From an uncultured Deferribacteres bacterium (GTDB lineage Bacteria; Zhuqueibacterota; Zhuqueibacteria; Zhuqueibacterales; Geothermadaptataceae), in contig CAXHAT010000109.1 in the NCBI GenBank assembly GCA_964014485.1, positions 1 through 26,272 of the forward strand: a stretch of DNA of 26,272 nucleotides, in the 5' to 3' direction. A program made the position numbers and the translations under genes. Of the stretch, positions 1-9,921 are shown piece after piece. The notes under the pieces are model-generated. The model did no database searches. It was given only the letters and a program-made list of their open reading frames with translations, and was not told the DNA's origin. The number at the start of each line of letters is the position of its first letter. Position 1 is the stretch's first letter.

Positions 1-78
1 GGGAATGACCTTGGCAGGAGTTTCTTTGGCTTCATAGCTGGCGCGTAACATCAGTCAATAATTTTGATGCGCGTTTGT

Positions 79-108
79 TAACCGCAGCCGCATGTTGTGC
101 GTCATAGT
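79..108 (+). promoter_or_regulatory. Putative ECF-sigma-dependent promoter for the 150-2994 operon
   Basis: TAACC-N16-CGTCATAG fits the generic ECF 'AAC...CGT' -35/-10 pattern, about 40 nt upstream of an operon that encodes an ECF sigma. Confidence 0.45.
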
Positions 109-149
109 TTGAAAAATCGCGAATTCCATCAATAACAAACGAGGTTAAA

Positions 150-1520
150 ATGAAAACTTTGAAAATATTCTTGAGTTTGGTTTTGTTGGCCAGCCCAATC
201 ATGGCGAAATTCAAGCAAGGTAATGCGCCGGCAGGTCGCTGGCAACAGTATTCTAAGGCAATGGACGCCGGTTATTCGCAAGCAGGTCTCGATTCGGCGC
301 GAGCTTTTTTCAATAAGAGCCGAGCCGCCGGACTTTTTATTGTTCACCGAGGCAACGTGCTGGCTGCCTGGGGCGAAACCAATCGTCGTTTTATTTGCGC
401 TTCTATCCGCAAAAGTTTTATCAGCGCATTGTTCGGCATGGCCGTCGGCGAAAAGGCAATCGATCTTGGAAAATCATTGCAACAATTGCAAATAAACGAC
501 ATTCAAAAACTTTCCGAAATTGAAAAACAGGCGACGGTAAAGCATTTGTTAACCGCAAGATCAGGCGTATTTCATCCCGCAGCTTATTCTCCAAGAAATA
601 TGATCGCCAATTTGCCCGAACGCGGCAGCCATAACCCCGGGGAGTTTTGGTACTACAATAACTGGGACTTCAACGTTCTCGCGACAATATTCAAGCACGA
701 AACCGGCAAAGGCGTGTTTGAAGCCTTTGAGAAGGAAATTGCGAAGCCCCTGCGAATGCAAGATCTTCTTATCGAGCACACATATTACCGTCTCGAGCCG
801 AACAAATCGGAACATCCGGCATATTTGTTTCGCATGACCGCGCGGGATATGGCGCGCTTTGGTTTGCTGTATTTAAATAAAGGCGCTTGGCGTGGCAAGC
901 AAATCATTCCGTCGCCATGGATCGCAACCAGCACGCAAGCCGTAACCAAAGAAACAGGCCGGCACAGCGCTCTCGGCGGTTACGGATATTTGTGGTGGGT
1001 TTCCGCGCCGATTCGCGGGCAGGACATGTATTTTGCCAGCGGAAGCGGCGGTCAAAAAATCGCGGTTTTACCTGAAGCTGAATTAGTGGTCGTGCAAGTC
1101 GTCGATACTTACCAGAACGACAATGTGGATCATAATGAATTTAAAAATCTCATCGATTTGCTGCTTGCGGCGCGGGTTTCCGAACCGGCGACAAGTCCTG
1201 CTCTCGTCAGTTTAAAACAGAAAGATCGGACGTCTCCAAAGGGCGTTAAACTCACAGAAAAAATAACACGCCAGTATCACGGAACGTTCCGCCACCGGTT
1301 TCTCGGCGAATTCAAGATCAGCGGCTCCGGCGGTCGGCTGAAAATGGAAGCCGGGATCGGCGTTTTCGATTTGACGGCCACTGCCGAGAACGTTTTCTGG
1401 GTTCCCGACATCGAGCAGTCGGCAGTTTTCAAACAGGCCCAAACTGATGATAAAAAATTTACGATAGACCCTGTTTTTGATGAAAATCGCAGAGTCGTGA
1501 AAGTCATTTTCAACTATTAG
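150..1520 (+). CDS. Secreted serine hydrolase, beta-lactamase class C/AmpC-like family, with C-terminal extension
   Basis: Signal peptide; SxxK (ASIRKS); HLLTARSG; YxN (YYNN); MTARDMARFGLLYLNKG; YGYLWW; GAGG RBS. Confidence 0.88.
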   Translation: MKTLKIFLSLVLLASPIMAKFKQGNAPAGRWQQYSKAMDAGYSQAGLDSARAFFNKSRAAGLFIVHRGNVLAAWGETNRRFICASIRKSFISALFGMAVGEKAIDLGKSLQQLQINDIQKLSEIEKQATVKHLLTARSGVFHPAAYSPRNMIANLPERGSHNPGEFWYYNNWDFNVLATIFKHETGKGVFEAFEKEIAKPLRMQDLLIEHTYYRLEPNKSEHPAYLFRMTARDMARFGLLYLNKGAWRGKQIIPSPWIATSTQAVTKETGRHSALGGYGYLWWVSAPIRGQDMYFASGSGGQKIAVLPEAELVVVQVVDTYQNDNVDHNEFKNLIDLLLAARVSEPATSPALVSLKQKDRTSPKGVKLTEKITRQYHGTFRHRFLGEFKISGSGGRLKMEAGIGVFDLTATAENVFWVPDIEQSAVFKQAQTDDKKFTIDPVFDENRRVVKVIFNY

Positions 1521-1532
1521 TGAGGATGAAAT

Positions 1533-2015
1533 ATGGAATTCATTTTGACGGTGATTCTTTCCGTGTTGGCCTTGACGGGCTGGTTGAGCTACGTCCGCTA
1601 CCAGCGTTATCAATTCACCATAAACAACGGCAACGCGAGGTTCGAAGCCATGCTAAAACGCTTTGAAAATCAGAAAGAGTTCCTGGATTTTCTGCAAAGC
1701 GCAAATGGTTTACGGGTTTTGAACATGTTGACGAGCTCGCCGACGAGCACCAAAATCCCCATCATTATCCTGGCTTGCAGCGGAATTGTGTCTTTCGCAA
1801 TCGGAATGGGCGCGCTAATATTGACGCTATTTGAAGACGGAGATTTGATTTTCGCAACTGCGTTTACCTCATCCCTCGGGCTTGGACTCTTGGCTGCCGC
1901 GTCGGTTTCGCTCAAGCTTTCTCGCAAGTGGGGCGTTTTTGAAGAAAGCGTTTTACCGGACAAATCAGACGGTTCTCTTTCGGCGCATTCGTCACAAGAA
2001 GAAAAGCTTCAATGA
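1533..2015 (+). CDS. Hypothetical membrane protein (about 3 TM segments) coupled to the ECF sigma gene
   Basis: 160-aa ORF with hydrophobic N-terminal and two C-terminal segments; ATGA overlap with the next gene. Confidence 0.75.
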   Translation: MEFILTVILSVLALTGWLSYVRYQRYQFTINNGNARFEAMLKRFENQKEFLDFLQSANGLRVLNMLTSSPTSTKIPIIILACSGIVSFAIGMGALILTLFEDGDLIFATAFTSSLGLGLLAAASVSLKLSRKWGVFEESVLPDKSDGSLSAHSSQEEKLQ

Positions 2016-2524
2016 CCCATGCCGCTTTCGACGCATTTTACGCCGAAACGTCTCAGCGGCTTTGGGCTTATCTGCTGCGTCTCTGTAACAACCGCGAGAA
2101 TGCAAAAGACATTCTGCAGGAAAGCTATTTGCGCTTCCTGGAGAAGCCGCCGGATCACGACGATTTTGCGAAAATGAAAAGTTACTTGTACACAATAGCG
2201 ACGCGTTTGCACTTCGATCGCGTACGTCGTGAAAAAAGAAAACGACTTAACGTTTTGGAGCGATTCTCTAAAAAGGCCGCAACTAACGTCGATCCACAAG
2301 TTGCGGCCAATCTCCAGCTTGATATGTCCGTGATTTTTGATAAACTGAAACCGCGTGAACGTGCGCTGCTCTGGCTGGCTTATGTTGAAGAACAGTCACA
2401 CTTGTCCATTGCGCAAATTCTTGGGATGCGGGAAAAGAGCGTCAAGGTCGTGCTTTATCGCGCCCGGCGAAAATTGGCGAATCTCTTGGAAAAATTTGGG
2501 ATTAATGAAAAGGTTGGTTTATGA
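2012..2524 (+). CDS. ECF (sigma-70 group 4) RNA polymerase sigma factor
   Basis: Region 2 (AKDILQESYLR, SYLYTIA) and region 4 (KLKPRERALLWL...IAQILG...SVKVVLYRARRKL). Confidence 0.92.
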   Translation: MTHAAFDAFYAETSQRLWAYLLRLCNNRENAKDILQESYLRFLEKPPDHDDFAKMKSYLYTIATRLHFDRVRREKRKRLNVLERFSKKAATNVDPQVAANLQLDMSVIFDKLKPRERALLWLAYVEEQSHLSIAQILGMREKSVKVVLYRARRKLANLLEKFGINEKVGL

Positions 2525-2994
2525 AAAATGCGCCCTGCTCGAAACTGCCTGCTGTCCGCAAAGCGCTGAAGAACGATTTTTTGAGCGCCGAAGTGCGCCG
2601 TCATTGCGAGTCCTGCAACGACTGTCAGGAAGAAATTCGCATTTATCAATGGCTGCAGACGTTTAACGCCGTCCAGTCCGACGAAGAACCGCCTGTAACG
2701 CCTCAGCTTTTGCGAATCAAGGCGCAGCTTTCGGCGCGACAAGCTGCGCGGAAAAACGCCTTTCGTCCGTTAGTCTACATTTATACTACTCTTCAGCTTT
2801 TGTTCAGCATTGGTTTTCTTGCGTTTTTTTGGATAAATCGCTCCACAGTCCAGCGCTGGTTTGATGATTCGTCTTTTGAAGCGTTTGTGCTTTCGCCCGG
2901 CGCAATGTCGGGCGCGTCCTTTCTTATATTTACTGCGATCATCTTCAGCGTCGTCGCACTTGTTTTGTTTAGCGCATTTACCCAAAGAAAATAA
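2521..2994 (+). CDS. Zinc-binding (ZAS) transmembrane anti-sigma factor
   Basis: HxxxCxxC motif (HCESCNDC) near the N-terminus, two TM helices, ATGA overlap with the sigma gene. Confidence 0.8.
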   Translation: MKNAPCSKLPAVRKALKNDFLSAEVRRHCESCNDCQEEIRIYQWLQTFNAVQSDEEPPVTPQLLRIKAQLSARQAARKNAFRPLVYIYTTLQLLFSIGFLAFFWINRSTVQRWFDDSSFEAFVLSPGAMSGASFLIFTAIIFSVVALVLFSAFTQRK

Positions 2995-3064
2995 GGAGTT
3001 TTCAGTTCAAAAAAAGCCTCGCCTGATCTCCGCCCGCCTTTTTATTCCGACCGCATTTAAACGC

Positions 3065-3093
3065 TTGCAAATATATTGCACACGCTCTATATT
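3065..3093 (+). promoter_or_regulatory. Putative sigma70 promoter
   Basis: TTGCAA-N17-TATATT upstream of the small ORF at 3142. Confidence 0.4.
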
Positions 3094-3141
3094 CGGCGCT
3101 TTCAAAAACATGAGCCCCAGTAGATTCCAGATTTCAATCGC

Positions 3142-3309
3142 ATGAATACGCAACTCACAGATCAACAAATCAAAACTATCATTCGTTTGATAATCGCCAA
3201 CAGTGAAAGCGAATTGTCACAGGCGGCGATTAAGAAAATCGCGAGCATGGTTATTCATAGATTATTTCAGCAAAACGAATTGAACGGCTCAGAATTTAAA
3301 TCCAATTAA
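3142..3309 (+). CDS. Small hypothetical protein, 55 aa (below the ORF-track cutoff)
   Basis: Hand-translated MNTQLTDQQIKTIIRLIIANSESELSQAAIKKIASMVIHRLFQQNELNGSEFKSN*; amphipathic helical pattern; upstream promoter-like boxes; no clear RBS. Confidence 0.45.
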   Translation: MNTQLTDQQIKTIIRLIIANSESELSQAAIKKIASMVIHRLFQQNELNGSEFKSN

Positions 3310-3354
3310 CTCTCTACTTGACACTTTTTTGTAAACTGCATATTCGAACCGTCG

Positions 3355-3490
3355 AAAGGTCCCGTTTTGTCATTCTGCAAAGCCGAAGGCCGGCGAAGCA
3401 AAATCTTTGTTATCGCCCAGTATTGATCATGCCCAAAAGTTCAAGGGTCGGATCAAAAAAGATGCTTCCAGCATGACAATTCCGACCTTT
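3355..3490. repeat. REP-like long imperfect palindrome (TGTCATTCTG...CAGCATGACA family)
   Basis: Paired arms AAAGGTC/GACCTTT, TTGTCATTCTG/CAGCATGACAA and GAAGCAAAATCTTT/AAAGATGCTTC; similar to 21769-21846. Confidence 0.65.
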
Positions 3491-3592
3491 TTCGCCAGCT
3501 TTAGAAGCCTATACAAAAAATATCAGGTAGTGAATCCAATTAATCAAGTTAGCGGCCACCACAATCTTCTTCTCCGCATTTAGGAAAAAATC

Positions 3593-4873
3593 ATGAATTA
3601 TATTGAACCCGCGCCAATAAACCCGCATGATGACGATCCTTTTGAATCAATGATGTCCCGCTTCGATATCGCGGCGGAAATTCTCCACCTTGATCCCGGA
3701 ATATACGACTATCTGAAAACTCCCGCCTTCGAAGTCAAAACTTCAATTCCTATTCAAATGGACGACGGGACTATCGAGGTCTTCGAAGGATATCGCGTGA
3801 TTCACAACAACGTTCGCGGCCCTTCGAAAGGCGGCATCCGCTACAGCCCGGATATTACAATCGAAGAAGTGCGCGCTTTGGCCGCGTGGATGACCTGGAA
3901 GTGCGCGATTGTCAACATTCCCTTCGGCGGCGCAAAGGGCGGCGTAAAGTGTGATCCAAGCGTTTTGACGCCGGTTGAAGTAGAGAAAATCACGCGGCGG
4001 TACACGGCAAATCTAGCCGATGTTTTTGGCCCGGAGCGCGACATCCCGGCGCCAGACGTCAACACAAACGAAAAAGTGATGGGCTGGATCATGGATACTT
4101 ACAGTATGCACCAACACCAAACCGTTACTGCCGTTGTTACGGGAAAACCGACCATTTTAGGCGGCTCGCTGGGCCGGGTAGAAGCGACGGGCAAAGGCGT
4201 TCGCATCGTTGCCGAGGCGGCAATGAATAAATATGATTTTAAGCCTGAAGAAACGAGCATCGTCGTGCAAGGCTTTGGAAATGTGGGTTCGGTTGCCGCT
4301 AAGGAGTTTTCGGATTTAGGATGTATAGTCGTTGCAATCAGCGACGTGACCGGCGCTTACTACAATGACAAAGGCCTGAATATTGACGAAGCGCTTGCCT
4401 ATCGCGAGGCGAACAGCGGCACATTGCGCGGCTTTGCAGGCGGCGAATCCATAACAAACGCAGAATTATTAGAATTGCCGTGCGATATTTTGGCTCCTTG
4501 CGCCATGGAAGACCAAATCACCAAGAAGAACGCAAGTAACATTAAAGCCAAAATCATCGTCGAAGGCGCGAACGGCCCGACGACGGCGAAAGCCGACCCT
4601 ATTTTGGAAGAAAAAGGCGTTATCGTCATTCCTGATATTATTGCGAACGCCGGCGGCGTGACCGTTTCCTATTTTGAATGGGTTCAGGACAGAATGGGAT
4701 ATTTCTGGCCGATCAATGAGGTGAACGAAAAGCTGACTCGCATTCTTACCGAATCTTTCGACGCTGTGAGCAACGTTTCAGAGAAATACGAAGTCAATAT
4801 GAGAATTGCAGCATATGTTCTGGCAATTGACAGAGTCGCCCGAACGTTGAAGCTGCGTGGGATTTATGGATAA
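3593..4873 (+). CDS. gdhA: Glutamate dehydrogenase (Glu/Leu/Phe/Val dehydrogenase family)
   Basis: GPSKGGIRY, MTWKCA, PFGGAKGG, DIPAPDVNT, VQGFGNVG, EGANGPTT, NAGGVTVSYFEWVQ. Confidence 0.95.
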   Translation: MNYIEPAPINPHDDDPFESMMSRFDIAAEILHLDPGIYDYLKTPAFEVKTSIPIQMDDGTIEVFEGYRVIHNNVRGPSKGGIRYSPDITIEEVRALAAWMTWKCAIVNIPFGGAKGGVKCDPSVLTPVEVEKITRRYTANLADVFGPERDIPAPDVNTNEKVMGWIMDTYSMHQHQTVTAVVTGKPTILGGSLGRVEATGKGVRIVAEAAMNKYDFKPEETSIVVQGFGNVGSVAAKEFSDLGCIVVAISDVTGAYYNDKGLNIDEALAYREANSGTLRGFAGGESITNAELLELPCDILAPCAMEDQITKKNASNIKAKIIVEGANGPTTAKADPILEEKGVIVIPDIIANAGGVTVSYFEWVQDRMGYFWPINEVNEKLTRILTESFDAVSNVSEKYEVNMRIAAYVLAIDRVARTLKLRGIYG

Positions 4874-4977
4874 AATTTATTCTACGGGGCTTTGAGCCGT
4901 CAAACAAGACTCAAACGATCCAATAGCAAACCGTCCCAAATTCAATCATTGCTTATACTTAGTTTACTGCATATTAC

Positions 4978-5006
4978 TTGACTTTTAGGCGGTGATCGTA
5001 TATATT
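4978..5006 (+). promoter_or_regulatory. Putative sigma70 promoter of secDF
   Basis: TTGACT-N17-TATATT, with a GGAGG RBS before the ATG at 5062. Confidence 0.6.
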
Positions 5007-5061
5007 TGACGCTCTTTGCCCGAACACGCGTGAATTTGAAACTCGTTGGAGGAAAGCGCAG

Positions 5062-7113
5062 ATGCGCCGAAATAATACCCTAAGAACAGTGCTCGCCGTG
5101 GCTATCGTCGCCGGAGCGATCTACACGTTATACCCAACCTATAGCTTATACCAACAGAATCAGGACGCCGAACAATACATTCAGCATATTGAGAGCGCGA
5201 CGTCTCTCTCGCGCAGCGACATTAAGCAGTCGTTGTATGAAGGCAGCCTGAACTTACGATTAGAAGACCTTGCAGAGCCGGTCGATCAGGACGTTAAGGA
5301 TGCGGCGACGCTGCTGACGGATTTGCATGTAGATATTGCAGAAAATGAACCGCGTGCGATTAAACGAGGACTCGATTTGCAAGGCGGCGCGTACTTTGTT
5401 TACGAAGCGAACTTGCCCAAAATTGCTGAAACTCTTGCAAGAGACACGGATCTTAAGTTCGAGCAATATGTTGCTGAAGCCAAACAAACCAGCATTAGCG
5501 CTGGGGATAACTTTTTTGATGTTTTGAGCGCAATTTTTCAACGCGAAAACATCTCCATGAATCGCTACTTCGGCCGCCGGTCGCAAAGCGACGGTGAAAT
5601 TATTGATGAATTGAAAAAGGAATCCGAAGACGCGATCGACCGCACCGTCGAAGTGTTAAGAAATCGCGTTGATAAATTCGGCGTTTCTGAACCGTCAATC
5701 ACCAAACAAGGCACTGAAAGATTGGTCATTGAACTCCCTGGAATTGACGATATTGAGCGCGCGAAAGAAAATATTGGCAAAACGGCGGTTCTCGAGTTCA
5801 AGCTTGTCCAAGATCGTCAAGTCGTTCGCGATGTGCTTCAGGATATCGACAGAGCTTGGAAGAACCGTCTTGGCGGCTCAGACAGCAGCGCCGTTGATTC
5901 TTCTGTTGCCGCCGCGGAAAAAGTCGCCGAACAAGTTCAGACTTCGAGCCAAATCGACGAAATTCTTGGCACGACCCAAACCACTGCGGATACTTCTGAT
6001 ACAAGCAAAGCCGATCTGAATCTTGCGACAGACTTCGCTCAGAATACGCCTTTCCTGGCAATGTTGAGGGATTACGGTGATGATATTACCGGCGTACCTG
6101 CTGAAAATCTGTATGCGGTCAGAAGAATTGTTAACCACCCCGATGTTCGGCAAGTTATTCCCTCGGATTATCAGATTGCATTTTGGGACAAGCCTCAAAA
6201 TTTTGGGGCTGATGATACGGAACAGGCTTACTACCAGTTTGTCGTCGTCAAAAAAAGCGCCGAACTGGACGGAAGCATGCTTGAAAAAGCATTTGTAACG
6301 ATTCCGGGAAGCGGCTCGCAAAGCATTAATCAGGGCCCGCAGATTTCACTGCAATTTAATAGCGATGGCGCACGTAAATTCGCGCGCGTTACAGGCGGGA
6401 ATGTTGGTAAAAAGCTGGCAATTTTGCTCGACGGCAACGTCAAATCAGCGCCAAATATACAGGAACGAATTCCAAACGGCAGCGCCGTCATTACAGGACA
6501 GTTTGCCATGCAGGAAGCCAACGATTTAGCAATCGTCCTGCGCGCGGGCGCTTTGCCTGCTCCCGTCGATCCGATTGAAGAACGAACCGTAGGCCCTTCT
6601 TTGGGTGAAGATTCGGTGCGACAAGGACAAATGTCGATTGGTATTGGCATTGCGCTGGTTATTGTTTTTATGGCGATCTACTATAAATTATCCGGTTTTG
6701 TCGCAGTACTCGCCCTGGTACTCAACCTGGTTTTAGTTATGGCTGTTTTAGCAGGCCGCGGCGCGACCCTGACACTGCCTGGAGTCGCTGGTCTCATATT
6801 GACGATCGGGATCGCCGTCGACGCCAATGTGCTGATCTTTGAGCGCATACGTGAAGAATTACGCTCGGGAAAAACAGTGCGGGCGGCTGTAGATGCAGGT
6901 TATGGCCGAGCGTTTTGGACAATCTTTGACGCTAATATCACAACTTTGCTGACGGCATTGGTTATTTACCAATTTGGAACCGGGCCTCTTAAGGGTTTCG
7001 CCTTTACTTTGGGCTGGGGAATTGTCGCGAGTATGTTTACGGCCATCGTTGTCACGCGAATCATCTTTGATTTTGTGACTCAAAGAAAGAAGATGGCGAG
7101 TTTGAGCATTTAA
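5062..7113 (+). CDS. secD: Protein translocase subunit SecD
   Basis: GLDLQGG, RNRVDKFGVSEP, LRAGALPAP, ERTVGPSLG, TLTLPGVAGLILTIGIAVDANVLIFERIREE. Confidence 0.97.
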   Translation: MRRNNTLRTVLAVAIVAGAIYTLYPTYSLYQQNQDAEQYIQHIESATSLSRSDIKQSLYEGSLNLRLEDLAEPVDQDVKDAATLLTDLHVDIAENEPRAIKRGLDLQGGAYFVYEANLPKIAETLARDTDLKFEQYVAEAKQTSISAGDNFFDVLSAIFQRENISMNRYFGRRSQSDGEIIDELKKESEDAIDRTVEVLRNRVDKFGVSEPSITKQGTERLVIELPGIDDIERAKENIGKTAVLEFKLVQDRQVVRDVLQDIDRAWKNRLGGSDSSAVDSSVAAAEKVAEQVQTSSQIDEILGTTQTTADTSDTSKADLNLATDFAQNTPFLAMLRDYGDDITGVPAENLYAVRRIVNHPDVRQVIPSDYQIAFWDKPQNFGADDTEQAYYQFVVVKKSAELDGSMLEKAFVTIPGSGSQSINQGPQISLQFNSDGARKFARVTGGNVGKKLAILLDGNVKSAPNIQERIPNGSAVITGQFAMQEANDLAIVLRAGALPAPVDPIEERTVGPSLGEDSVRQGQMSIGIGIALVIVFMAIYYKLSGFVAVLALVLNLVLVMAVLAGRGATLTLPGVAGLILTIGIAVDANVLIFERIREELRSGKTVRAAVDAGYGRAFWTIFDANITTLLTALVIYQFGTGPLKGFAFTLGWGIVASMFTAIVVTRIIFDFVTQRKKMASLSI

Positions 7114-7155
7114 CCATTTTTATGAGAAATTTTTGAAGCGGAGAGCGATTTCGAG

Positions 7156-8091
7156 ATGAGAATTCTTAAAGAAACTGATATAGATTTTCTGAGCAAGCGC
7201 AAAACGGCGCTGATTTTTTCAGTCTTTCTGATCGTAGCCGGACTTGCCGTTACGATATTTAAAGGCGGCCCGAATTACAGCATTGATTTCCTTGGCGGCA
7301 CCGAAATCAGAGTTGGTTTTGATCAACTGCCCCCGACGAATGACGTTCGGCAAACACTCGCCGACATTGGTTTTGCAAACGCCGAAATCAAAGTGATCTC
7401 GGAAATCGGCAATCCCAAAGACGATATTCTCGTCCGGATAGAACAACAGCAATTAGAAACCCAAATTTCTGATTCAGTTATGGCAGCGCTTCAAGCACAA
7501 TTTAGCGCGAACCTCCCAGTAAATCGCGGCGTTGACAGCGTTGGCCCCAAAATTGGCAGCGAGTTGCGAGAAGCCGGCGTTCTTTCAGTCATATTTTCAC
7601 TATTACTTATTTTGGTTTATATCTCCATTCGATTCGAGTTCGTATACGGAATTGGCGCGATTGCCGCACTTTTTCACGATGTTTTGATCACGTTTGGCAT
7701 GTTCTCGATTATCGGCTTCGAATTGAGTCTTTCCGTCATCGCCGCTTTCCTGACGATTATCGGGTATTCGCTGAATGACACCATCGTCGTTTTCGACCGC
7801 ATCAGGGAAAATGTCAAGAAGCTCCGTAAAGAAAAATTCACGAGAGTGCTGAATATCAGCATCAACCAGTCTTTAAGCCGAACTGTCGTGACCTCTCTCA
7901 CCACGCTCCTTGTAGTTCTGGTTCTCTTCTTATTGGGCGGCGAGGTCTTAAGAAGTTTTTCATTTGCGCTCTTGATCGGCGTGCTAGTCGGAACGTACTC
8001 GTCGGTATTTATTGCGACGCCGGTCGTCGCTGAATGGCAGGAAAGACGTATGCAAAAGCAGGCGCAGAAGCCTGCGGCAAAACGCAAATAG
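7156..8091 (+). CDS. secF: Protein translocase subunit SecF
   Basis: IDFLGG, VGPKIGSEL, ALFHDV, GYSLNDTIVVFDRIREN, GTYSSVFIA. Confidence 0.97.
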   Translation: MRILKETDIDFLSKRKTALIFSVFLIVAGLAVTIFKGGPNYSIDFLGGTEIRVGFDQLPPTNDVRQTLADIGFANAEIKVISEIGNPKDDILVRIEQQQLETQISDSVMAALQAQFSANLPVNRGVDSVGPKIGSELREAGVLSVIFSLLLILVYISIRFEFVYGIGAIAALFHDVLITFGMFSIIGFELSLSVIAAFLTIIGYSLNDTIVVFDRIRENVKKLRKEKFTRVLNISINQSLSRTVVTSLTTLLVVLVLFLLGGEVLRSFSFALLIGVLVGTYSSVFIATPVVAEWQERRMQKQAQKPAAKRK

Positions 8092-8164
8092 ACTGCAACC
8101 CGTTGCTCGACATAAGCGTCTCTTATATGTTGAGCAAATGTGGTAACACTTGACGGAGACTCTC

Positions 8165-8506
8165 ATGTTATTGAGTCAAAAAGAAGAATATGGGGCTGTG
8201 ATTCTCGAATTGTCGGGCAAGATAATGGGCGGGCCCGACGCCAGCCTGCTGAATGACAAGCTTCACGAACTGATTGATGCTGGACAGAAACGCGTAATTG
8301 CTGATTTGTCGCAAGTGGAGTGGGTAAACAGCTCCGGCTTGGGCATACTCATCGGCGGGCTGATCACCATGCGAAACAACGGCGGGAGCTTGAAATTAGC
8401 TCGCGTTACGGACAAGATTTTAAATCTAATCAAGATTACGAAACTCAAGTCCGTATTTGAAACTTTTGATACAATCGAAAAAGCCGCCGAAAGTTTTGAT
8501 AATTAA
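8165..8506 (+). CDS. STAS-domain anti-sigma factor antagonist
   Basis: DLSQVEWVNSSGLGILIG phospho-Ser motif; start placed at ATG 8165 after GGAG (the track uses TTG 8150). Confidence 0.9.
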   Translation: MLLSQKEEYGAVILELSGKIMGGPDASLLNDKLHELIDAGQKRVIADLSQVEWVNSSGLGILIGGLITMRNNGGSLKLARVTDKILNLIKITKLKSVFETFDTIEKAAESFDN

Positions 8507-8524
8507 ATTTGCATCTGACTTTTT

Positions 8525-8576
8525 AAAACTCCGAAAGTTGAGACGATGTGCCAGTCTCGCGTCGGGGTTTTTTTTT
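8525..8576 (+). terminator. Intrinsic terminator or attenuator-like hairpin between STAS gene and purA
   Basis: AAAACTCCGA..GAGAC-loop-GTCTC..TCGGGGTTTT stem running into a 9-T tract. Confidence 0.65.
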
Positions 8577-8602
8577 GCTTTGCTAAACTCGTCTTGGCGT
8601 GA

Positions 8603-9892
<1,290 letters not shown>

Positions 9893-9921
9893 ATCGCTCC
9901 AATTTTACGAGGTCATTTCAA

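Noticed and set aside
3318..3346. TTGACA promoter upstream of gdhA
   Set aside because: Perfect -35, but no good -10 at 16-18 nt spacing
5850..6250. Low-complexity Ser/Thr/Asp insert in SecD and absence of adjacent yajC
   Set aside because: Long periplasmic inserts and unlinked yajC are ordinary for SecD in many lineages
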